A stretch of DNA of 64,000 bases from a virus (Duplodnaviria > Caudoviricetes): positions 9,257 through 73,256 of the IMG/VR virus record IMGVR_UViG_3300011008_000043. One strand, 5' to 3'. Position 1 is the first letter of the stretch, and each line of letters opens with the position of its first letter. The notes under the pieces are model-generated. The model made no database searches. It saw only the letters and a list, made by a program, of their open reading frames with translations, and was not told the DNA's origin. The translations under genes and the position numbers were made by a program. Shown here piece after piece: positions 37,577-47,018 of the stretch.

Positions 37577-38007
37577 GATTTACGTCAGTGGTCGGCGACC
37601 TGCTTCACCCCGGACACATAGCGATGATCGCGGAGTGCGCCATGCAATGCGATACGCTGATTGTGGGGCTGATATGCGACCCAACGGACAGGCCGGAAAA
37701 GAACAGGCCCATCGAAAGCACGTTCGAGCGGTGGTACCGGTTAAGCCATTGCAAGGGCGTGGACATCGTAATCCCGTTGGACGGGGAGAAGGATTTGGAG
37801 CTGGCACTGGAAATGCTGGAATATGATGTGCGGTTCGTTGGAGAGGATTACAAAGGAAAAGAGTTTACAGGGAAGGACATATGCCAGCGGCGCGGAAAGC
37901 CCATCATATACAACCGGCGCGGACACAACCTCAGCAGTACAGAGCTGAGGAAAAGAGTTGCGGAGGCAGAAAATGGAAAAGTACGTGTACGCGATACCGA
38001 GCTATAA
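37567..38007 (+). CDS. Cytidylyltransferase (TagD/glycerol-3-phosphate CT-like)
   Basis: DLLHPGH (HxGH), VGEDY.GK, R.H.LSSTELR. Confidence 0.88.
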   Translation: MVVGFTSVVGDLLHPGHIAMIAECAMQCDTLIVGLICDPTDRPEKNRPIESTFERWYRLSHCKGVDIVIPLDGEKDLELALEMLEYDVRFVGEDYKGKEFTGKDICQRRGKPIIYNRRGHNLSSTELRKRVAEAENGKVRVRDTEL

Positions 38008-38767
38008 CAGGGTAAACAGACAGACAACGCTGGATTACCTGTCAAAGATGGGAGTGCCGAAAGAGAAAATTTGGATATTCACGCAAACGGAGAAAGACCT
38101 GAAGGAATACAACGCGGCGCACGGAGACAGGGCAAACATAGTCATGGTACCGGCGACACGCGGAGTCACGGCCCGGAACAACATCCTCAACTGGCTGAAA
38201 GACGAAAATATCCTGATGATGGATGACGACGTGAAGATGATTCACTACATGAAGGACGGAGGGCTGGTCGGATTCGAGAAGAGAATCGACCTCGCATTCG
38301 CATTCAACAGGTGTTTTGACCAGACGCGGAACCTGCGGACAAACATTTTCGGAATATACCCGGTCGCCAATGCCTTCTTCATGTCGGACGATGTAAGTAC
38401 AAGGGTCACGGTCAACACGATATTCGGGTTCGCCCGGAATTTCCCACAGAGGTTTGACGAACGATACGAGACGAAAGAAGACGCGGAGCTGTGCGGACGG
38501 ATGCTGCGGCATGGATGTCGCGTAGCGCGGTTCAACAATCTGGCGGTGACGGCAGACCATAACAAAGACAAAAACGGGTACAGGGAGAAATGGCATCAGG
38601 ACGAAAACCTGCGGTCGGTCAAAATCCTGTGCAAGGTTTACCCGGAAATTTTCGCCCCGAAAAAAGGCCAGCCGTGGGAAGTAAGGGTGAAGATCAGGGA
38701 TGAAAAGTTCCAGAGCATCCCATTCAAGAGCATTCAGGCTCCACAGAAAGCGGTGAGCGGGGGATGA
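37973..38767 (+). CDS. GT-A fold glycosyltransferase (TAGT/GREB1-like)
   Basis: AIPSYNR, RN.IL, MDDD, KED.E, G...R.N motifs. Confidence 0.75.
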   Translation: MEKYVYAIPSYNRVNRQTTLDYLSKMGVPKEKIWIFTQTEKDLKEYNAAHGDRANIVMVPATRGVTARNNILNWLKDENILMMDDDVKMIHYMKDGGLVGFEKRIDLAFAFNRCFDQTRNLRTNIFGIYPVANAFFMSDDVSTRVTVNTIFGFARNFPQRFDERYETKEDAELCGRMLRHGCRVARFNNLAVTADHNKDKNGYREKWHQDENLRSVKILCKVYPEIFAPKKGQPWEVRVKIRDEKFQSIPFKSIQAPQKAVSGG

Positions 38768-39687
38768 AGAAAGCCTATTACCCGTTTTGCATACAGATCG
38801 AACTCGTTCAAGGATGCAACCGGGATTGTGAATTCTGCGCGACACGCGGACTGGAAAAGAAATTCTATTACGCAAGCGCAGAAACACTCGCACACACTGC
38901 CAGACTGCTACAGAATTTCGGATACAAGGGCAGGATACTACTGGCGATGCACGGAGAGCCAACGCTACATCCGCACGTAGCGGAGTGCATAGAGATTTTG
39001 CGGAGAAGATTACCGGACGTTCTCATGGTGATGTTTACGAACGGGATTATGGTACTGAGAAAGCCGGAACTGCTCGAAAAGATGTTCAAGGCAGGACTGG
39101 ATACGATCATGTTCGATGAATATACAGACAGCCTGATCGGGGAGCAGGTCATGAAAATTCCGGGAATCCAGCGGCACAAGGTAGAAATACTCAAACCCGG
39201 AGTGCATATCTTTGAGCGCAGCGGCAGAAAGAGGGTGCTTATAGCCCCTCCGATCGACGGAAAATTCGAAGTAATGAGCCGGAAGCTGAACAATCATGCT
39301 GGAGTCGGAATGAAGCCAACGGCAGAACCGCTCAAAAAGCCATGCAGCGAAATCTTCCGGGATTTCGCAGTGCGATGGGACGGCGGGATTGCATTATGCT
39401 GTAACGATTTTCGCGGAGAATACCCGGTAACAAACATCATGAAGTGCAAAACCTTTGAGCAGGCGTACTACCACCCACGGATAGAAGCGGCGCGAAGGCG
39501 GCTGATGCAGAAAGACAGGGCTTTCAATCCGTGTGCGAAATGCAGCTCGCTACCGATACGGCCCGGACTTTTACCAGATAAGGCAGGACAGATGAAGATG
39601 CCGCTACCGACAGAAGAGGATATCAGAATAACGGAGGAAAAACATGAACCGATGGCGGTAATCAGAAAAAGAGAATGGGAGAAATAA
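38764..39687 (+). CDS. Radical SAM protein with SPASM/twitch domain
   Basis: CNRDCEFC, HGEPTLHP, TNG, C...F....VRWDG...LCCND. Confidence 0.88.
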   Translation: MKKAYYPFCIQIELVQGCNRDCEFCATRGLEKKFYYASAETLAHTARLLQNFGYKGRILLAMHGEPTLHPHVAECIEILRRRLPDVLMVMFTNGIMVLRKPELLEKMFKAGLDTIMFDEYTDSLIGEQVMKIPGIQRHKVEILKPGVHIFERSGRKRVLIAPPIDGKFEVMSRKLNNHAGVGMKPTAEPLKKPCSEIFRDFAVRWDGGIALCCNDFRGEYPVTNIMKCKTFEQAYYHPRIEAARRRLMQKDRAFNPCAKCSSLPIRPGLLPDKAGQMKMPLPTEEDIRITEEKHEPMAVIRKREWEK

Positions 39688-39815
39688 CCATGCAAGGTCA
39701 GATAAAGCACGATTACGGTTCGCCGCGATGGTCAAACGAAATAGCGGACTGTTCCCTACCGATGACGTTTGACACGTACTCAAACTGCTCGTTTGGGTGC
39801 GTGTATTGCTTTAGC

Positions 39816-41581
39816 CACGATCATTTGACTTTTTGCACATATGAAAATGCATAGTTTTGGTCTCAGATGTCATATCTGGTATTGATTCTTGAAAATACCT
39901 CAACAATTTGTAGATTTAACGCCATTTTTTCTTTGAAAATGGTTGACTTTTTCGTTCGTCTCTGTTAAAATATGCACATATGAAACGTGCTAAATGCACA
40001 TATGCAAAGGAGACGTACGATGGGCCGCAAATCCTCAATCCCAGAAGAGATTCTGCAGTACAGACCATGTAAGTGTGTTCGCCTCAGAAATGATGGAAAT
40101 GGTGTTTACCGTGTGTATAGATACAGCGCCGTTCAGCTTCCAAACGGTGAATGGAGTAACGACTGGGGGCAGCTTATTGGAAAGATTGTTGAGAACGAGG
40201 GATTCTTTCCAAACAAACGTTATCAGAAGGAACTCGAAGAGCAAAAGAGATTGCGATTCAGCGATGAGATCACAGATGTAGCATACGGGCAGTACGCTTT
40301 GCTTCAAGTGCTTTCTGTTGACGTCCTTGAAAAACTTCAAGAATGCTTCCTTCCGGACCGCGCTACACAGATATATACATACAGCCTCATCCTATGCGCA
40401 GAAGGCTTTGTACATCTGGACCAGGTTGGTGAGTTTTATATGGAAAGCATCATGTCGATCCAGTACAGGAACTATTCATTCAAGATGGGATATGATGCAC
40501 TGACCAATCTTCTTCACGATCTTGGAATGCGGGGAAATCCTGTACAGAAGTTTGAGCAAAGTCTTATTGACAATTGCTCTGGGAAAGTAGCAATAGATGG
40601 TCATGTCATTGCTTCCGGCTCCTTACTCAATGATCTTGCAGAGTTGGGTTACAAGGCAAACGAGCTAAAATCCGGGCAGGTTAATTTGTTAATTGCTTAT
40701 GATACAGAGAAGCGATCCCCCCTCATGTATCGTACATTCCGGGGATCAAGTGTAGACAATCAGAGTGTCATAAACTTTCTGGAAAGCAGAAAGTTCAAGA
40801 ATGTAAAGTTCGTTGTGGATCGCGGTTTCTTTTCTGATAAGGTTCTTGAGCTAATGTCCAAGGATGGTAACAGCTACATTATTCCCCTGAAGAGTACCAA
40901 CAAAGACTGGAAAAGAATCAAAAAGACTCTTGCTTATACATCCGGCGAGTTCATATACAAACCAAACAGCAAGGAAACAGCTCGTATCGTATACTATGAG
41001 GAAAAGATTAACGATAAGACACGTATCTTTGTTTTCATGGATGTTGATGAAAACAATTCGAAACGTAAGAACTATCAGCAGCTTATTGATCTTGAAGGTG
41101 GAAACTACACTAAGGAAAACTATGAAAAGTATTGTGACTGGTGGGGTGTGTATGTGTTACAGGATACTACAGGCCAACCGGCATGTCAGGTTTATTCTGA
41201 TTATAAGGACAGATGGTCGATTGAAACATTCAACAACTACATAAAAAATGATGCTGGTTTTAAAAACTTGAAGTTTCAGGACTATTACTGTGAACATGGA
41301 TTTGATTTCATCATGCTCGTAACTGGACTGATTCATTCACGACTGAATGAAGCTGTAAAAGCATTGAACAGATCAAGTATATCTACATTTGATATCTTGA
41401 TCAAATCTGGACATATGAGGATGGTTTATGAAGATGAGCAATGGAAGCTGCATAATACCAGGATGAAAGACATCGAGTTATTCAAGGAAATGGGATTTAC
41501 TCCTGAGCTACAATACATTCCAGCAGCGACGATAACGCATTGATTTTACTGTTCATATGTGCAGAAAACCCAATGATTGTG
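39816..41581 (+). mobile_element. Insertion sequence, IS1634/IS4-like, with 6-bp target duplication TTTAGC
   Basis: Imperfect TIRs CACGATCATTTGACTTTTTGCACATATGAA / CACAATCATTGGGTTTTCTGCACATATGAA; TTTAGC at 39810-15 and 41582-87; lower GC than flanks. Confidence 0.9.
40020..41543 (+). CDS. DDE transposase
   Basis: AIDG, VVDRGFF, Y..RW.IE motifs. Confidence 0.9.
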   Translation: MGRKSSIPEEILQYRPCKCVRLRNDGNGVYRVYRYSAVQLPNGEWSNDWGQLIGKIVENEGFFPNKRYQKELEEQKRLRFSDEITDVAYGQYALLQVLSVDVLEKLQECFLPDRATQIYTYSLILCAEGFVHLDQVGEFYMESIMSIQYRNYSFKMGYDALTNLLHDLGMRGNPVQKFEQSLIDNCSGKVAIDGHVIASGSLLNDLAELGYKANELKSGQVNLLIAYDTEKRSPLMYRTFRGSSVDNQSVINFLESRKFKNVKFVVDRGFFSDKVLELMSKDGNSYIIPLKSTNKDWKRIKKTLAYTSGEFIYKPNSKETARIVYYEEKINDKTRIFVFMDVDENNSKRKNYQQLIDLEGGNYTKENYEKYCDWWGVYVLQDTTGQPACQVYSDYKDRWSIETFNNYIKNDAGFKNLKFQDYYCEHGFDFIMLVTGLIHSRLNEAVKALNRSSISTFDILIKSGHMRMVYEDEQWKLHNTRMKDIELFKEMGFTPELQYIPAATITH

Positions 41582-42988
41582 TTTAGCCAGTACCAGCGGG
41601 CTATAGGCGGCGAAAAGAAGCGGCAGGAATACCTGAACAAGGTAGTACGGAGCGTGAACCCGGAAAAGATCAAGAAGCTGTTTTCGCTGGAGAGGGAAAG
41701 CCAATTCAACGAATGGATACGGCAGCGCAGGCCCATCCAGTGGGGAGGCCTGAGCGATCAGTTTGACGGATTTGAGAAGAAGTACGGAATCACGCTGGAA
41801 ATCATGAAATTCCTGCGGCAGATGAATTACCCGATATGCTTCAGCACGAAAAGCGCGTGGGTATTCCACGACGAACGGTACACAAGGGTGTTCGAGGGCG
41901 CGGACAACTGGAACATGAAATTCAGCATTATCACGCTGGATGAACAGAAGGCCGCGAAGATCGAACAAGGCGTACCTAGTCCGAAGGCGCGGCTGGAAGC
42001 GATGAAAATCTATTCCCAGCTCAATAAGGGCGAAAGTACGTTACGCCTGAGGCCGTTCATAATCGGAGTGAGCAGCAAAGACTACAAAGATCTGATCGTC
42101 GCGGCGCACGATGCAGGCGCGACGGCGGTAACAACGGAGTTCTTCTGCCTCGAAGCGCGAAGCGTGGTGGCGCGGAAGAATTACGAGATCATCAGCGAAT
42201 GCGCAGGATTCGATATCTTTGATTTTTACAAAAAGTACAGCAACGGGAGCGGCTACCTGAGGCTGAACAGGAAAGTCAAAGAGAAGTACATCCGGGAAAT
42301 GGACGAACTGTGCCGAAAACTCGGGATGCGGTACTACGTGAGTGACGCGCATTACAAAGAGGCCTGCACAGGAAGTTGCTGCTGCGGATTACCGGAAGAC
42401 CCACGGTACAATTACAGCAGAGGGAATTTCAGCTACGCGCTGCAACAGTGCAAAAAGAACGGGCGAGTGACCTTTGCGGAGATCGACGCGGACATGGGGC
42501 ATCTGAATTTCCCATACAGGGACGCGGAAGGCTTCAACACGATTAGCGTGGAGCATAGAGCGAAGTTCACGTATATGACAATGCGGGACTATCTGAGATA
42601 CCTGTGGAACAACCCGTACGCCGGACAAAGCCCGTACACGCTGTTCGGTGGAGTGATGAAACCGGCAGGAAAAGACGCAAACGGCGACATCATATACGAG
42701 TACGACAGCACAAAGACGTATATAAGCCCGTGTGAAAGATGCCACCTGAACGGATGAGAGCAGGAATCGTAGAGAATGCGTCCTGAATAAGCCTGAGATT
42801 AGCTTAAAGGACGTTGACGGGAAAACCTACGCTCGGACAGAAGGAACGCGTTAAATGCGGCGTTAAACGCGAAAGAGAAGCAAGTTACGACCGACTATAT
42901 ATTATATTATATATAGATATACCCTACCGTAATAATAATAAAAGAGGAATTATATAAAAAGAAACAGAGAAACGGAGGTAAAAGTCAG

Positions 42989-43636
42989 ATGGCGGTCAAG
43001 AAAAAACCAACGGGAGACAAAAACAGCAGGCTCGAAATTGTGATGAAGAAGGTCAGCGACATCACACCATACGAGAACAACCCACGGAAAAATGAAGCGA
43101 CGGCACTGAAGCTGAAGAAAGCCATAGAGGCATTCGGATTCAAGAACCCGATCATCATTGACCACGACAACGTGATTGTTTCGGGACACGCGAGACTGAA
43201 AGCAGCACAGATGCTCGGAATGGAAGAGGTTCCATGCACATACGCGGAAGGCCTGACAGAGGATGAGATACGCGGATTTCGGATTGCGGACAATAAGACA
43301 GCAGAGATCGCCGGATGGAATTACGACAAGCTGGTGGAGGAAATGACCGCGCTGTCCGAAGTCGGATTCGATCTGGATTTTTCAGGATTCAATGAGGCAG
43401 AACAGCTCTTCTATTCGGAGAGAGACATTACACCGGACAAACCGGACAAAGAGGAATTCAAAGAGTACAGAGACGATGCAGAAGCCACGACAATCAAGGC
43501 ATTCAACGTCGCAATCGTATGCGAAAGCCGCGAAGACAGAGAATGGCTGGCGGGCCTTATCCATGAGACGAAACGCCTGAAACGCTTCTATCTGGGCGCT
43601 GAATTGCGGGCCATGGCGCAGGCAGCGACGGCCTGA
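42989..43636 (+). CDS. ParB/Sulfiredoxin N-terminal domain protein (copy 2)
   Basis: ITPYENNPRKN, FGFKNPIIID, VSGHARLKAA, FRIADNKTAE. Confidence 0.88.
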   Translation: MAVKKKPTGDKNSRLEIVMKKVSDITPYENNPRKNEATALKLKKAIEAFGFKNPIIIDHDNVIVSGHARLKAAQMLGMEEVPCTYAEGLTEDEIRGFRIADNKTAEIAGWNYDKLVEEMTALSEVGFDLDFSGFNEAEQLFYSERDITPDKPDKEEFKEYRDDAEATTIKAFNVAIVCESREDREWLAGLIHETKRLKRFYLGAELRAMAQAATA

Positions 43637-43658
43637 GCGGCAGAAATGAGGCGGTGAA

Positions 43659-44162
43659 ATGGCAAACGAGCAGAATCTGATACCGTTCACCTCCGATCAA
43701 AGCCGAGAAGAAGCCAAGAAGAACGGCAGGAAGGGCGGCATCGCCAGCGGAGCCGCCAGACGGGCAAAGAGAGAAGCGAGAGAGACAGCGAAGCGGATAC
43801 TGTCCTACAAGCCGGAAATCCCACGAGAGCTGCTGACGACGTTACAGCGGATGGGAATGAGCAAGCGGAAGATGAACCCGGATATGAGAGAGATTATCAC
43901 GCTTGCCATTGCACAGAAGGGCATGAAGGGCGACGTGAAGAGCTACCAATTCCTCGTGGAGCTGGCAGGCGAAACGGCAGAGGCAGAAATGTTAGAGGCA
44001 AGAGCAGAAGAGGTTGCCCGTCGTAGCGGAATGGAGGATGAACAGAATGAAGAAGTTTTGATGGATGCGGACGGCATCCGGCAGCGCATGAGCGAAATGA
44101 CGGATGAAGAGCTGGAGCAGTACGAAAAGCTGTGCATGAAGTTCGGAGGCGAAAGCCAATGA
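43659..44162 (+). CDS. terS: Terminase small subunit (putative)
   Basis: MANEQNLIP...GRKGGIASG.ARR; immediately upstream of TerL. Confidence 0.7.
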   Translation: MANEQNLIPFTSDQSREEAKKNGRKGGIASGAARRAKREARETAKRILSYKPEIPRELLTTLQRMGMSKRKMNPDMREIITLAIAQKGMKGDVKSYQFLVELAGETAEAEMLEARAEEVARRSGMEDEQNEEVLMDADGIRQRMSEMTDEELEQYEKLCMKFGGESQ

Positions 44163-45601
44163 GCGAAATTAGAATGGCAGGACGGCTCCCAATAGCAACC
44201 CCGGCAGACTTCCAACAGGAATGGGCGCGGAGACGGTTCGTCAATTACTGCCAATACGTCCATCACGGCGCATGGATACCGGGAAGACACCACAGGCTGG
44301 TGTGCGAAAAGCTTGATGCGGTGGTCAGGGGGGAAATCAAGAACCTGATGGTATGGATGCCCCCGCAGCACGGGAAGAGCATGTGCATCACAGAAACCTT
44401 TCCCAGCTACTACCTCGGACGGTTCCCGGACAGGCGGGTGATGGAGGTCAGCTACAATGACAATTTTGCGCAGAAGTTCGGGAGAAAGAACCGGGAAAAA
44501 GTCGAAGAGTTTGGCAGCAGACTTTGGAACATCGGCATTTCCCAGATAAACCACAGCGCAAGCAACTGGGACTTAGACCGGCGCAGAGGCGGCATGATCT
44601 CGGTAGGCTTCGGCGGTGCGGCAACCGGCGAAGGCTCCGACCTGATGATTATCGACGACCCGATTAAAAACAGGCAGGAAGCGGACAGCAAGACGATGCG
44701 CGACAGGGTATGGGATGAATATACCAGCACATTCTCAACCCGTGTTCATCCCGGAAGCCCGGTCATTATCGTGATGACCCGATGGCACGAGGATGACCTG
44801 TGCGGACGGCTACTGCGAGGGGAATATGGCCCGGTGCTGGATTGGGACATAGTAAAGCTACCAGCAGTCGCAGAAGACGAAAACGACCTGTTGGGCCGGA
44901 AAGAGGGCGAAAGCCTGTGGCCCGAAAACGGGTACGATGAAGAATGGCTGGATATGCAGAAGGGCAAAGTCGGCAGCTACGCATTTGCCGGACTGTATCA
45001 GCAGAGGCCAGCACCGGCAGAAGGTGGAATCCTGAAGCGGAGCTGGTTCCAGTTCTACGACAAGCTGCCGGAATCCGGCACTCAAGTGCAGAGTTGGGAC
45101 TGTACGTTCAAAGACGGAGATAATCACGACTTTGTAGCGGGCCACGTGTGGCAAAGAACCGGCGCGAATTACTACCTTGTGGACAGAGTACATGACCACA
45201 TGGGAATCAGCGACACGATGCGAAGCATTAGAACATTGACGGCGAAGCATCCGAGGGCGCGAGCGAAGCTCGTGGAAGACAAGGCCAATGGAACGGCGGT
45301 CATAGAGCTGCTGAAAAAAGAGATTTCCGGCCTGATACCAATAGACCCGCAAGGCGGGAAAGTGGTACGGGCGCAGGCAATCGCACCATACGCTGAGGCG
45401 GGAAACATCTTCCTGCCTAACCCACGGATGGCTCCGTGGATACACGACTTTTTGGAGGAATGCGCAGCTTTTCCGAATGCGGCGCACGACGACGACGTGG
45501 ACGCGATGACGCAAGCGATTAACTACATGAGCGCGGGAAACAACACAAGCCTGCCTCCGAGGAATTACGGAGCAGACCGCGTAAGCCCGTGGACAAGGTG
45601 A
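44159..45601 (+). CDS. terL: Terminase large subunit
   Basis: MPPQHGKS, IIDDP.K, TRWHEDDL.G, YQQRP, SWD, EDKANG, HDD.VDA. Confidence 0.95.
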   Translation: MSEIRMAGRLPIATPADFQQEWARRRFVNYCQYVHHGAWIPGRHHRLVCEKLDAVVRGEIKNLMVWMPPQHGKSMCITETFPSYYLGRFPDRRVMEVSYNDNFAQKFGRKNREKVEEFGSRLWNIGISQINHSASNWDLDRRRGGMISVGFGGAATGEGSDLMIIDDPIKNRQEADSKTMRDRVWDEYTSTFSTRVHPGSPVIIVMTRWHEDDLCGRLLRGEYGPVLDWDIVKLPAVAEDENDLLGRKEGESLWPENGYDEEWLDMQKGKVGSYAFAGLYQQRPAPAEGGILKRSWFQFYDKLPESGTQVQSWDCTFKDGDNHDFVAGHVWQRTGANYYLVDRVHDHMGISDTMRSIRTLTAKHPRARAKLVEDKANGTAVIELLKKEISGLIPIDPQGGKVVRAQAIAPYAEAGNIFLPNPRMAPWIHDFLEECAAFPNAAHDDDVDAMTQAINYMSAGNNTSLPPRNYGADRVSPWTR

Positions 45602-45611
45602 GGGAGAGAGC

Positions 45612-47000
45612 ATGAAAGAATATGGCGCGATAGGACAGCGCAGGTACGCTGGGATTTTCGCAGAAGAATTCCTGAAAGAGCTGCAAGGCAAAAGAGGAAT
45701 CGAGGTATTCCGGGAAATGAGCGAGAATGACGACGTGTGCGGCGCGATTCTGTACACCATCGAAATGCTCATCCGAAAAACCACATGGAGCATCCAGCCC
45801 GGAGGCGACGGAGCGAAGGATAAAGAATGCGCGGAGTTCGTTGAAAGCTGCATGAACGATATGCAGGACACATGGACGGACACGATAAGCGAGGTTCTTT
45901 CCTTCCTTGCGTTTGGGTGGAGCTACCACGAAATTGTGTATAAGCGGAGAACCGGAAACACGAACGACCCCCGGCAGAACAGCAAATACACAGACGGCCT
46001 GATCGGATGGCAGAAGCTCCCGATCAGAGCGCAGGAAACGCTATTCCGGTGGGAATACGATGACAATGACAACCTGCTCGGAATGACCCAGCTCCCGCCT
46101 CCCCGGTATGTAATGGCGACTATCCCGATAGAAAAGGCGCTGCACTTCAGGACAAAGAGCCGGAAGAATAACCCGGAAGGGCGAAGTATACTGAGAACAG
46201 CATACCGGGACTGGTACTTCAAGCGCAGGATTCAGGAAATCGAAGGAATGGGACTGGAACGCGACCTCGCCGGACTTCCCATTCTTACGCCCCCGGAAAA
46301 CGTGGACATCTGGAACACGGATGACATGGCGATGCAGGAAGCATTTGCACGGGCAGAAATGATCGTTCGAAACGTGAGGCGCGACGCGACGGAAGGACTC
46401 GTCCTTCCGAACGGCTGGACATTCCAGCTCCTTACGAGCGGCGGCAGAAGGCAGTTCGACACGAACCAGATCATCGAACGGTACGACACGCGAATCGCGA
46501 TGAGTACGATGGCAGACTTCCTGCTGTTGGGGCATCAGGGCGTAGGCAGCTTCGCACTGAGCAGCGACAAGACGGAGCTGTTCAGCATCGCGCTGGAATC
46601 GTATCTCGATATCATCTGCGAGGTTTTCAACAATCAGGGAATCCCCCGGCTCATCGGAATGAACGCGGAGCATTTCAGAGGAATCACGGAATATCCGCAG
46701 CTCACACACGGGAACGTGGATGCGCCGAATCTGAAAGACCTTTCCACGTACATTAAAGAGCTGACCGGGTGCGGCGTGATTATGCCGGACGAGGCGTTGG
46801 AAGACTTTGTACGCGAGACGGGCAATCTCCCAGAGCGTCTGGAAGCGCAGCAGTTCGACCGGGAAGCGAGAGAACAGCAGCGGCGCGAACAGAAAGAACA
46901 GCAGACTGGCGGCAGGAAGCTGGACACGAAAGAGCTGGAAGATGAAGACGCGGAAGACGCGAAAGCAGCGGAGGCAGCAAAGCGCAGACTGGAAAGATAA
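45612..47000 (+). CDS. Portal protein (DUF935/Mu gp29-like)
   Basis: Follows TerL; NP.G.S.LR.AY..WYFK, ERD..G.P. Confidence 0.85.
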   Translation: MKEYGAIGQRRYAGIFAEEFLKELQGKRGIEVFREMSENDDVCGAILYTIEMLIRKTTWSIQPGGDGAKDKECAEFVESCMNDMQDTWTDTISEVLSFLAFGWSYHEIVYKRRTGNTNDPRQNSKYTDGLIGWQKLPIRAQETLFRWEYDDNDNLLGMTQLPPPRYVMATIPIEKALHFRTKSRKNNPEGRSILRTAYRDWYFKRRIQEIEGMGLERDLAGLPILTPPENVDIWNTDDMAMQEAFARAEMIVRNVRRDATEGLVLPNGWTFQLLTSGGRRQFDTNQIIERYDTRIAMSTMADFLLLGHQGVGSFALSSDKTELFSIALESYLDIICEVFNNQGIPRLIGMNAEHFRGITEYPQLTHGNVDAPNLKDLSTYIKELTGCGVIMPDEALEDFVRETGNLPERLEAQQFDREAREQQRREQKEQQTGGRKLDTKELEDEDAEDAKAAEAAKRRLER

Positions 47001-47018
47001 ACAGAGGGGAGAAGTGGA

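Larger units (their letters stand above)
39690..42757 (+). pseudogene. Second radical SAM protein (SPL-like) split by an IS: 39690-39815 plus 41588-42757
   Basis: Removing the IS restores DTYSNCSFGCVYCFS|QYQRAIGG in frame with CxxxCxxC. Confidence 0.88.
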
